Positions 38,233 through 47,584 of a stretch of 51,746 bases of DNA are shown here, piece after piece. The notes beneath the pieces are model-generated. The model saw nothing but the letters and a program-made list of their open reading frames with translations, was not told the DNA's origin and did no database searches. The stretch is from Candidatus Nanopelagicales bacterium. GTDB lineage: Bacteria > Actinomycetota > Actinomycetes > S36-B12. The position numbers were made by a program, and so were the translations under genes. The DNA lies in NCBI GenBank assembly GCA_017857705.1, contig JAFMCP010000003.1:1-51746 (forward strand), given 5' to 3'. The stretch's first letter is position 1, and each line of letters opens with the position of its first letter.

Positions 38233-39242
38233 GTCTTAGGGCCGGTTGAACTGCGAATGATTAATTCGGTTGGAAGTTCACTCACTCGACCGTTACCGCC
38301 CGGAGAATCGATTCCAACAATTTGCCCCAGGAGTCGTTCCCCTGCTTTTATCCCGAGTTCAGAAACTGGCTGGGAAACAGTTGTCAGGCCTAAATAGGAG
38401 GACATCGGGTGGTTGTCAATTCCTATGATTGAAATGTCACGTCCGGGTTCAAGACCATGTTTGCGCAGTGAACGAATGGCACCGAATGCCATTTCATCAG
38501 ACATGGCAAAAACCGCAGTTGGAGGATTCGATTGATTGAGCAGAGCATCCATTGCGCTCTCGCCACCTTCGATCGTGAAGTGTCCGAACACTTCCAGCAT
38601 TGGATCTTCAACTAATGAATTTTGCGTCATTACCGAATGAAAACCACGTTCACGTTGGGACTCAGCTGTGAAACGTGCTTCCGCCGGACCGCCAGCCATG
38701 AGTGCGATTCTCTCGTGACCGAGAAAGACCAAGTATTCGGATGCTTTTCTTGCCGCCGCAACGTCATCAATGACAACGCATTCAACATCGGGTGCGATGC
38801 CACCGATCATGGCCGTTGGCATTCCCAGACTCAGAATAGGTTCAAGATCTGGATCTTGCGGTGGCAAAGAAACAATCAAGATGCCATCAACTCGTCGGCG
38901 TAATCGAGGGGTTGGTGGGATTCGAGCGTGACCATTTTGATAGTCACCGACGTTCATAAGTAGCAAGTCCATTCCGGCTTGCTGCATCACAGATTCAACG
39001 CTGGCAATAACTTCGGAAAAAAACCACCGGGCGATATAGGGAGTAATAACCGCAATTGAGCCGGTTCTCCCTGACGCTAAGCGCGAGGCACTGGGTGATA
39101 TCACGTAGTCCAGACAGGCAGCAACCTCTTTGACCCGCTCACGTGTTACTTGGTCGACATTGGGCAATCCGCGGAGGGCTCGGGACACGGTTGCCGTAGA
39201 AACACCTGCAGCCGCCGCGACGTCGCGAATCGTGATTCCCAT
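38229..39242 (-). CDS. LacI-family transcriptional regulator
   Basis: HTH TIRDVAAAAGVSTATVSRAL, PTAVFAMSDEMAFG, SIIGID, LTTVSQP, LIIRSST. Start ATG 39242 or GTG 39248. Confidence 0.95.
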   Translation of the reverse strand: MGITIRDVAAAAGVSTATVSRALRGLPNVDQVTRERVKEVAACLDYVISPSASRLASGRTGSIAVITPYIARWFFSEVIASVESVMQQAGMDLLLMNVGDYQNGHARIPPTPRLRRRVDGILIVSLPPQDPDLEPILSLGMPTAMIGGIAPDVECVVIDDVAAARKASEYLVFLGHERIALMAGGPAEARFTAESQRERGFHSVMTQNSLVEDPMLEVFGHFTIEGGESAMDALLNQSNPPTAVFAMSDEMAFGAIRSLRKHGLEPGRDISIIGIDNHPMSSYLGLTTVSQPVSELGIKAGERLLGQIVGIDSPGGNGRVSELPTELIIRSSTGPKT

Positions 39243-39291
39243 ACCCACCCCTTTCAGGGTGTAAGCGTATACACCAAGTTAGGGGTGGGTA
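39242..39291. repeat. 11-bp perfect inverted repeat enclosing the operator
   Basis: TACCCACCCCT (39242-39252) and AGGGGTGGGTA (39281-39291). Confidence 0.85.
39258..39275. promoter_or_regulatory. LacI-type operator
   Basis: GGTGTAAGCGTATACACC: palindromic arms GGTGTA/TACACC around a central CG, resembling TGTAAGCGCTTACA; 15 bp upstream of the lacI-family ATG. Confidence 0.7.
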
Positions 39292-39297
39292 AGCGGG

Positions 39298-39819
39298 TTA
39301 GGAAGTCTTCAACGCGATGACCTTGTCACCTTTGCCATAGAGACCAACAAGCATTGAATCTGAATTGCCACATTCATCTTTATCTTTTGATCGACATGGA
39401 CCCATTTCAAGTCCGTAGTAGTAGGTGCCCTTGCGACCAAACTCAGCGTTGATGGTGAACCCACCATCTTTCCGAACGGTCGTGCAGGCTGCCTCAAGGG
39501 ACTGCCACGGCCAGGAACCATCTGCTTCTGGCTTGGTTTTGTAACGGGTCAGACACACAATATTGTCGCCGTTGGTCCAACTCGCCAGCCCTTTGCGAGC
39601 TTTAGCACTCACGATCTTCCCAGTAAAAGTTGCCGTATCCCCAGAGGGAATTTTCGTGGCATTAATTGCCATGCAAGCGTAGTCCTTGGTGCCATCTTGT
39701 GAGCACACCGATTTACTCGGTACCGGCTTGTCGGCTGCTTGAGCAGCCGTGGGAATAACCAAGGGTGCTGCCAGCGCAATTGCTGCGATTCCAATTATTT
39801 GTTTAGTAAAGGATTTCAT
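39298..39819 (-). CDS. Secreted hypothetical protein with six cysteines
   Basis: Signal peptide ending in AAQA-A; beta-rich, Lys/Gly-rich mature part; no family recognised. Confidence 0.75.
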   Translation of the reverse strand: MKSFTKQIIGIAAIALAAPLVIPTAAQAADKPVPSKSVCSQDGTKDYACMAINATKIPSGDTATFTGKIVSAKARKGLASWTNGDNIVCLTRYKTKPEADGSWPWQSLEAACTTVRKDGGFTINAEFGRKGTYYYGLEMGPCRSKDKDECGNSDSMLVGLYGKGDKVIALKTS

Positions 39820-39846
39820 GCTGGGATCTTCTCACAATGGTGGATG

Positions 39847-40770
39847 TTATTGGAGTTTCAGGACAGCCCCGTCCAGTAAATCTTTTTCACTCACTAACAC
39901 TTTGTCAAAGCCGAGTATGCGCATGGACTCACGAAGAACCAAGGCGCCCCCACCGATTACGTCGGCTCGGCCAGGGTGCATAAACCCAAGATCTGCGCGT
40001 TGCTTGTGGGTCAGTGTGAGCAACTCACCAGTGACCGCTTCAACCTGTTCAATTTCAAGAAGTGTGCCATGAATTTTCTCAGCATTGTATTCACTCAGTC
40101 CCATTGCCATTGCCGCGATAGTTGTCACTGATCCAGCAAGTCCGATAAATGTTGTTCCAGTATTAATCGGGACATTTTGTTTAATGATTTCGATTTGATT
40201 ATCGATGTCACTGATAGTGCTGCCAATTTCAAGCTGGGTTGGCGGATCGGAATGCAAGTGCCTCTCAGTCAGGCGAACACATCCGATATTGACACTGTGT
40301 GAGATCAATGAACCGTCGGCTAAGGCGGTCACAAATTCCGTCGATCCCCCTCCGATGTCGGCGACCAACACAGATCCTTTTATTTCAAGTCCGGAGAGTG
40401 CGCCACGGTAGGACAACTCGGCTTCTTCATTACCGCTGATTACTTCCGGTTCAACTCCAAGAATTTCTTTGATACCAGTGCTAAAGGCATCGCGATTCGT
40501 CACGTCGCGCGATGCCGAGGTAGCGATAAAACGAATCTTCTTCACGTCATAGTTGTTGAGTAGCGCAGCGTATTCACGAGTGGCGGAAAAAGTACGATCA
40601 AGAGCCGCTGCACTGAACTCACCCGTAGTATCAACGCCTTCACCCAACCGCACTGTCCGCATTTCCCGAACAAACTCCGTGACCTGATCCCCGTCCACAC
40701 GAGCAATAAGAAGACGAATGGCATTGGTACCGCAATCAATTGCAGCAAATATTGGTGCTAGCTCAGACAC
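39847..40770 (-). CDS. ppx: Ppx/GppA family exopolyphosphatase (Ppx2-like)
   Basis: AAIDCGTNAIRL, VRLGEGVD, ATSASRD, ISGNEEA, DIGGGSTE, GCVRLTER, RADVIGGG, SEKDLLDG. Probable start GTG 40770. Confidence 0.95.
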   Translation of the reverse strand: MSELAPIFAAIDCGTNAIRLLIARVDGDQVTEFVREMRTVRLGEGVDTTGEFSAAALDRTFSATREYAALLNNYDVKKIRFIATSASRDVTNRDAFSTGIKEILGVEPEVISGNEEAELSYRGALSGLEIKGSVLVADIGGGSTEFVTALADGSLISHSVNIGCVRLTERHLHSDPPTQLEIGSTISDIDNQIEIIKQNVPINTGTTFIGLAGSVTTIAAMAMGLSEYNAEKIHGTLLEIEQVEAVTGELLTLTHKQRADLGFMHPGRADVIGGGALVLRESMRILGFDKVLVSEKDLLDGAVLKLQ

Positions 40771-41258
40771 GAGGTTGGCTTCCACCATGGTGACAGCATG
40801 GCCAATGCGCGGTCACCAAAAGGGTTGACACCTGGGCCGCAGGCAAGGGATTGGGCGATCAATACGTGCAGGCACTTCACCCGATTGGGCATTCCACCCG
40901 CGCTGATACCTTCAAGCTCTTGGATGGCGCCGAGTTTCTCGCGGTCAAGCAGATAGCGCTCATGTGCAGCTCGATATTGATCCGCCAGTTCCTGATCTTG
41001 GGCTAATTCCGCCTCCATCTCCCGCATTAACCCTGTACTTTCTAGGGTTCCAATTGCCCCAGCAAGACGTGGACACGTCAGATAATAGGTGGTTGGGAAA
41101 GGGGTGCCGTCAGGTAAGCGGGGTGCCGTTTGAACCACAAGTGGCCCGGTGCATTCACAGCGCGATGCCACACGCAGACAACCACGCGGGAACCGACCAA
41201 GTTGCTCGCCAACTAGTTCAAGATCCGCGGGTGTTATCTCAGCCACTACCCGGCTCAA
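40758..41258 (-). CDS. DUF501 family protein
   Basis: QLGR.PRG, APRLPDGTPFPTTYYLTCP, GGMPNRVKCLH, GVNPFGD. Confidence 0.92.
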   Translation of the reverse strand: MSRVVAEITPADLELVGEQLGRFPRGCLRVASRCECTGPLVVQTAPRLPDGTPFPTTYYLTCPRLAGAIGTLESTGLMREMEAELAQDQELADQYRAAHERYLLDREKLGAIQELEGISAGGMPNRVKCLHVLIAQSLACGPGVNPFGDRALAMLSPWWKPTSCLS

Positions 41259-41652
41259 CTGCGTCGTCGGCTTCGGCTAACGCACCCCAAAGTTTGCTGT
41301 ACCAATTCGGCTCACCCTCGGCGACTTGGTCAGAAATAGTCTCGGCTGCAGGACGCCCGTCAGCGCCAAGGGCCACGTACCCGGTCTCACCTGGCATCAC
41401 AAAAAGCAAGCGGCGGCGGGCTTCGGCCGCAATGTATGCGGGGTCGGCCCAGCGCTGCTGTTCACGTTGTAGTCGATCAACATTTTCCTGGGTTACTTGG
41501 ATTTGGGCTTCGAGGGCGGCGATTTCGGCACGCTGACCAAAATAGTTGCGGACGGGGACTGCTAGGAGTACGCCCATTAACCCGACGGTGATCAGGAGCA
41601 CCAAGGCACGGCCCGTTAACGAGCCGTTTAGGCGATCCTTATTTTCAGCCAC
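41239..41652 (-). CDS. divIC: Septum formation initiator (FtsB/DivIC family)
   Basis: TM helix, coiled coil, W.DPAYI..EAR.RL.FVMPGE; sits between eno and DUF501. Confidence 0.88.
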   Translation of the reverse strand: MAENKDRLNGSLTGRALVLLITVGLMGVLLAVPVRNYFGQRAEIAALEAQIQVTQENVDRLQREQQRWADPAYIAAEARRRLLFVMPGETGYVALGADGRPAAETISDQVAEGEPNWYSKLWGALAEADDAVEPGSG

Positions 41653-41687
41653 GAGTCAATAGTCACACGGTCTGGGCGCAAAAGCGC

Positions 41688-42992
<1,305 letters not shown>

Positions 42993-43147
42993 TCAGGTGA
43001 GCAATTTCTTCCCTCCGATGCGAAATTGAGATCAAAATAGGGAAACCTATGTCTATAACTGCACATCAGAGTGTTTAGTAGGAGCGTCTAGGAAGTGTGC
43101 CAAGAGCAGTGCACCTCGATGCACCACTCATATTTAAGGAGAAAAAC

Positions 43148-43984
43148 ATGCGTAGATCTCGGGCAGCAATCCTCGCCGGAATCGGGCTTGCAGCCCTCAC
43201 CCTAGGCGGCTGCACCGTAAATGAGTCTGACATCGGCAGCATGGCTGAACCGATGAACATTGGATCGATGGACTCCGGATCAATCGCCAGCGAGTCCATT
43301 TCATCTGACCAAGAGGCTTCCGACCAATATCTCACACGAAATTCAAGTATTTCGTTACAAGGATCAGACGTTGCTGACATGACCAACAATGTTCTTGCGA
43401 TAACAAACGAGTTCGGAGGAGTAGTCGCACAACAAGATATTCGAACCGACAGTGATCAGAATTACTCCTCACTCACCGTTCGTATACCTGACGCCGAACT
43501 TGAGGCATATCTCGATCGACTTGCATCAGTGGGTGAGGTAACTTTTCTCAGCACGTCAACCCTTGATGTGACTACCACCGTCATTGACCTTGATAGTCGC
43601 ATTGACACGTTAAACACGTCTATCGCAACTCTCACCACACTTCAAGCAGATGCCACTTCCGTTGCTGACCTTGTGGCCGTTGAATCAGAATTAACAGCTC
43701 GCACCGCTGAGCGCGATTCACTCGTTGCTCAGCGTGAATTTTTGCAAGATCAAGTAGACCTGTCCACCGTTTACGTCAGCATTTCAGCCGATCCCAGTGC
43801 AACGACCGACTCACCCAACTTTATCCAAGGAATACTGGATGGGTGGAATGCGCTAATTAACACATTCGCTGCAGCGATCACCTTCGCTGGATTCTTAGTG
43901 CCATTCATCGCGGCATTAATCGCGATCGTGGTTGTCATTGCCGTCATACGGATTGTCATAAAGCAAGTGCGCCAGCGAAGTTAA
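43148..43984 (+). CDS. DUF4349 domain lipoprotein
   Basis: SD AAGGAG, lipobox LGGC, LTVRIP, DVT..VIDLD.RI..L, DL..VE.EL..R.AE, C-terminal TM helix. Confidence 0.85.
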   Translation: MRRSRAAILAGIGLAALTLGGCTVNESDIGSMAEPMNIGSMDSGSIASESISSDQEASDQYLTRNSSISLQGSDVADMTNNVLAITNEFGGVVAQQDIRTDSDQNYSSLTVRIPDAELEAYLDRLASVGEVTFLSTSTLDVTTTVIDLDSRIDTLNTSIATLTTLQADATSVADLVAVESELTARTAERDSLVAQREFLQDQVDLSTVYVSISADPSATTDSPNFIQGILDGWNALINTFAAAITFAGFLVPFIAALIAIVVVIAVIRIVIKQVRQRS

Positions 43985-44112
43985 TCACCGGCGCACTCTC
44001 GGCCTCCCCCCAACTTGGCCGAATTCAACTCTCGTCGAATGAGATCATCTTGATCGTGGGGTGTGACAATTCAGGCTACATGTTGAATTACAAAAGTGTT
44101 ATTTACAAGGCA

Positions 44113-44634
44113 TTAAGGGGCGCATTGCAATTGTCCGGTGAGGCCACTTAACACTTGCTCCGCAGCGGAAACCGCTTCACCTGCTGACAGTGCTGCCTTA
44201 GCCATTCCGAGTGTTTTCGAGAACACATTATCTTCTATTTGAGCCTCATTGAAAATTGTCACCGCATCTTCTTTCGCACGTAATGCGGTCTCAAGATCGG
44301 CCTGCAGTTTCTGTTGCTCGGGTGAGTCACCTTGAAGGGAGTTGATGAGGTCATTAAGTAATGCGACCTGCTTAGCAAACTCCGCATCAAAAGTCGAAAC
44401 AAGATCTGGATTGGCTACTAGGTCAGTCACTGCGGTGGACAGAGACAATTGCATTTGGTCAATCACAGCGCAAGCATCACTGGTAGCCGCATTGCCTTGC
44501 GGGCCTTTCGATTGAGAAGTCATAGGCGATGACAACGGATTCGAATCACTCTGCGAAGAGCATCCCGTGAGCAGCAGAGGGACGGTGAGTATGAACGCAA
44601 TTAATTGTTTATGCACAGCAACATTGAAACACAA
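44113..44634 (-). CDS. Hypothetical helical lipoprotein
   Basis: Lipobox LTGC after a hydrophobic stretch, Ser/Pro linker, helical Ala/Gln/Leu-rich body with two further Cys. Start uncertain. Confidence 0.7.
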   Translation of the reverse strand: MCFNVAVHKQLIAFILTVPLLLTGCSSQSDSNPLSSPMTSQSKGPQGNAATSDACAVIDQMQLSLSTAVTDLVANPDLVSTFDAEFAKQVALLNDLINSLQGDSPEQQKLQADLETALRAKEDAVTIFNEAQIEDNVFSKTLGMAKAALSAGEAVSAAEQVLSGLTGQLQCAP

Positions 44635-44640
44635 TCAGGC

Positions 44641-46269
44641 TCACAGGCCTAGCAGGGTGCGCAGATGGCGTGGTGAAGGCGACCCGAACTGCAAAATCAA
44701 ATCGTGTATTTGCCGAAGCGACCAATCTGGGTGCAGTAGTTGCAAATCACCGATGAGACTAGAAACCTCCTTGTAGCCAACAAAATAGGTGGGAAGTTGG
44801 CCAGCCGTAAGTAGGGCGCGCCTCCACTTACCGACAGCCTCACCTTCTTCTTGGAACCCCCGAGTGAGCATCAGATTCATTGCCTGTTCTTCGCTCATGT
44901 CTTGGGCGTGAACGCCAATATCAAGAATGGTGTTGATGGTCATGCGGGCTTGCATTTTTAATTGCTGCAAAGTGACAGCAAGTGCACTGAGTTTGGTTGG
45001 CTCTGGCGCATAACCATGTGAGATAAGGAGTTCTTCCGCATAAATTGCCCATCCTTCAACGAAGGTGCCACTAAATCCGAATCTTCGCGTGAGGCTCTGC
45101 TGACTCCCTTGATTCGCAGCCGCCAATTGAAGTACATGTCCCGGTATTGCTTCATGAATAGTCAGGTCGTGGATTTGCACGGCGTTGTACTCACGATAAA
45201 AACTCACTTTGCGCTCACTGGTCCAGTGCTCCGGCGCCGGTGATACCGCGACGAAAGTAGGAACGTTTGCGCTCTCTAGTGGTCCAGGGGAATCGCAATA
45301 AGCGACTGCCACTCCCCTGTGAATCTCGGGCATTTCAATAACTTCGACGTCAATTTCCGGAACCGTAACGAGATCGTGCTCAATCGTGAATGCTCTTGCC
45401 GCTTCCACGGCCGAATACACCTCGGCCAGCAGTGTTGAGTCGGTGACGGGAGCGTTTTGGGCAATATGCTCAAGGGCCGCCGCGACTGGTTCACCCAGTA
45501 ATTTGACTCCGGATTCGGCTAGGTACTCGTGCGCCACTCGCAGCATCTGCGCACTCACGTGATCAAGATGCTCGTTCGCGGAAGCGAGTAGGTCCTGCAC
45601 GCTGCTTTCAGCATCAAGGCTATGCCACAAAATCCCTGCATAAGTTTCGGAGCCCATGCGCGGGGACCTCTGCGCAAGTGGTAGCTGGTCTTTGAGCCAT
45701 TCAATCTGGTGTTCCACCGAGTCCATGACGTGCCGATCACAAGCAAGGGATTCAAGGAGGACTTTGGTTCCTTCAAGTTGGTCGATTGCAGTCTCACAGT
45801 GGATGGCGGGCATCTCGCGAAGTGTTGCCCGCGCTTGCTCAAAAAACGCGGGAATCTTTGCGCATCGCGCCGCCACATTAGCCATGCGTTCATCCAGTTG
45901 CGCGAAGTCACGGGAAAGCAGTAAGTGAATTGCTGTACCTGGATTCCACAGCATGGGATTCCAGGTATGAGGCGCAACGTGTTGAATATCAAAATGCGTC
46001 TTAGTCAGAAATGCGCGCAAGATTTCGAGGTCAACCAGATCGGATAGCTCGAGTTCAATATCGTCGACCGCATCTAGCGCCGTGAGATAACCCTCGATCC
46101 TGTGCGCAAACTCCTCTTGACCAATCGCGGTGAAATCGGGTAGTTCGGAATCGAATGAATGCTCACCCATCCAGGTGGCCTTTACCGGGTCCATCGCAAA
46201 TGCGTCCCGAATAACCCGCGACGCGATTAAATTAAAGTCTTGCTGTGCGCTACTGGTGAGATCACTCAT
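44641..46269 (-). CDS. DUF885 family protein (putative metallopeptidase)
   Basis: P..ATW.G.H..D..LPD, HEAIPGHVLQ, FVEGWAIYAE, GQLPTYFVG, H..IL..GSP. Confidence 0.9.
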   Translation of the reverse strand: MSDLTSSAQQDFNLIASRVIRDAFAMDPVKATWMGEHSFDSELPDFTAIGQEEFAHRIEGYLTALDAVDDIELELSDLVDLEILRAFLTKTHFDIQHVAPHTWNPMLWNPGTAIHLLLSRDFAQLDERMANVAARCAKIPAFFEQARATLREMPAIHCETAIDQLEGTKVLLESLACDRHVMDSVEHQIEWLKDQLPLAQRSPRMGSETYAGILWHSLDAESSVQDLLASANEHLDHVSAQMLRVAHEYLAESGVKLLGEPVAAALEHIAQNAPVTDSTLLAEVYSAVEAARAFTIEHDLVTVPEIDVEVIEMPEIHRGVAVAYCDSPGPLESANVPTFVAVSPAPEHWTSERKVSFYREYNAVQIHDLTIHEAIPGHVLQLAAANQGSQQSLTRRFGFSGTFVEGWAIYAEELLISHGYAPEPTKLSALAVTLQQLKMQARMTINTILDIGVHAQDMSEEQAMNLMLTRGFQEEGEAVGKWRRALLTAGQLPTYFVGYKEVSSLIGDLQLLHPDWSLRQIHDLILQFGSPSPRHLRTLLGL

Positions 46270-46927
46270 TGGATCGAATCTCCTGCATTCGACGCAGGAC
46301 GGCCTTTCTCACGGCGGCTTCGGAATCTAAACCGCGGGAACTCGCTGAACTGACCAACGCAAACAGGTAGTCGCCCAGTTGCTCTTCTGACCCTAGGCTA
46401 TCGACGATCTCATGTGTTTCTGCTAGGTAAGCCGGATCTGGAACTGCGACAGATTTACTCCGAGAGATGAGTTTTTGTGCACGCATGAGTGCTGGTAAGG
46501 CTTCGGGGATCCCCTCGGTAACTGAGTCTCGCTTCTTCTCTTTTGCCTTACGCTCATGCCAATCAATTTCTACATCAGCAGAGGTGTGAGCATCGTTGCC
46601 CTGCGTTGCTAAACCGTCCGCAAATACATGTGGATGCCGGCGAATCAGTTTTTCAGTGATGCCGTCAATGACAGCGTCAATGTCCCAGCCCCCCGGCTGT
46701 TCTTGTGAAATCCGTGCATGGAAAACAACCTGAAGGAGCAGATCACCCAACTCTTCACACATTGCCTCGCTGTCATTGGCATCAATAGCCTCGACACTTT
46801 CATAAGCTTCCTCGATCAAGTACTCGACGAGGCTCTGGTGAGTTTGTTCGCCATCCCATGGGCAACCACCCGGGGATCTCAGCTGATCAAGGATCGCCAC
46901 CAATTGGGTGAAATGACTTCCTCTCAC
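46262..46927 (-). CDS. mazG: MazG nucleoside triphosphate pyrophosphohydrolase
   Basis: LRSPGGCPWD.EQTHQSL..YLIEEAYE, EELGDLLLQVVFH, KLIRRHPHVF; degenerate second domain. Confidence 0.95.
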   Translation of the reverse strand: MRGSHFTQLVAILDQLRSPGGCPWDGEQTHQSLVEYLIEEAYESVEAIDANDSEAMCEELGDLLLQVVFHARISQEQPGGWDIDAVIDGITEKLIRRHPHVFADGLATQGNDAHTSADVEIDWHERKAKEKKRDSVTEGIPEALPALMRAQKLISRSKSVAVPDPAYLAETHEIVDSLGSEEQLGDYLFALVSSASSRGLDSEAAVRKAVLRRMQEIRSNE

Positions 46928-46930
46928 GTA

Positions 46931-47569
46931 TTACTCCGAGCCGAGGTCAATACTTTGCGGCTCCGAGAGCGAATTGACACTTGGACCAACGGTCAAATTC
47001 TCCGGGTCCCAGATACCAAAGCGAGGGGACACCTCGGTACCGAGTTCGCTACTCAACTCAGAAATAGCAATAAATACGGCTCCGCTCTTTGCGTCGGGCT
47101 CGGCATTTGGAGCCAACACGTCCCCCAATTTTGAGACCTGAAGATTCACGCGAATGATTGGGTCAACATCTTGTATTGCAATACCCTGTTGACCAATTTG
47201 TTCTTCAAATGCTTGCGATCCACCAGCTTGGGTGACGTATTGGAGTCGTAGATTGTCAATCTCCCCTTGAGTTACTTCAATTTTCTCACGGCTAGCCAAT
47301 TCGTTGACCAAAATCTCAGTGATCATTTGATCAAGTGTGTTGGTGATCAGCTCATTTGATGAATCCGTCGAAGGCAGTCCCTGTAGGGCTAAAACAGCCT
47401 GTACTTTTTCGTTGAGAGTGGACTCGCTAATACGTTGATCCCCCACGACCGCAGCAGCACCGGCTGTGGGTGTACTACATCCACCGAGCCCGATGGCTAC
47501 GGCGATTAACCCGATACCGACAACAGCGGCTAATCGGTGGCGGGTGGGCTTAACGAACATGTAGGACAC
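46931..47569 (-). CDS. SurA N-terminal domain-like lipoprotein
   Basis: Lipobox LGGC, GAAAVVGD.RI, I.VTQGEID, V.VSPRFG.WD; conserved between mfd and mazG. Confidence 0.8.
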   Translation of the reverse strand: MSYMFVKPTRHRLAAVVGIGLIAVAIGLGGCSTPTAGAAAVVGDQRISESTLNEKVQAVLALQGLPSTDSSNELITNTLDQMITEILVNELASREKIEVTQGEIDNLRLQYVTQAGGSQAFEEQIGQQGIAIQDVDPIIRVNLQVSKLGDVLAPNAEPDAKSGAVFIAISELSSELGTEVSPRFGIWDPENLTVGPSVNSLSEPQSIDLGSE

Positions 47570-47584
47570 AGAATCTCCAGATCT

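Noticed and set aside
40964-41536. 190-aa plus-strand ORF
   Set aside because: Antisense to DUF501/divIC; a shadow ORF.
43109-43124. GTGCA-N6-TGCAC palindrome upstream of the DUF4349 gene
   Set aside because: The 5-bp arms are within chance expectation and no cognate regulator is nearby.
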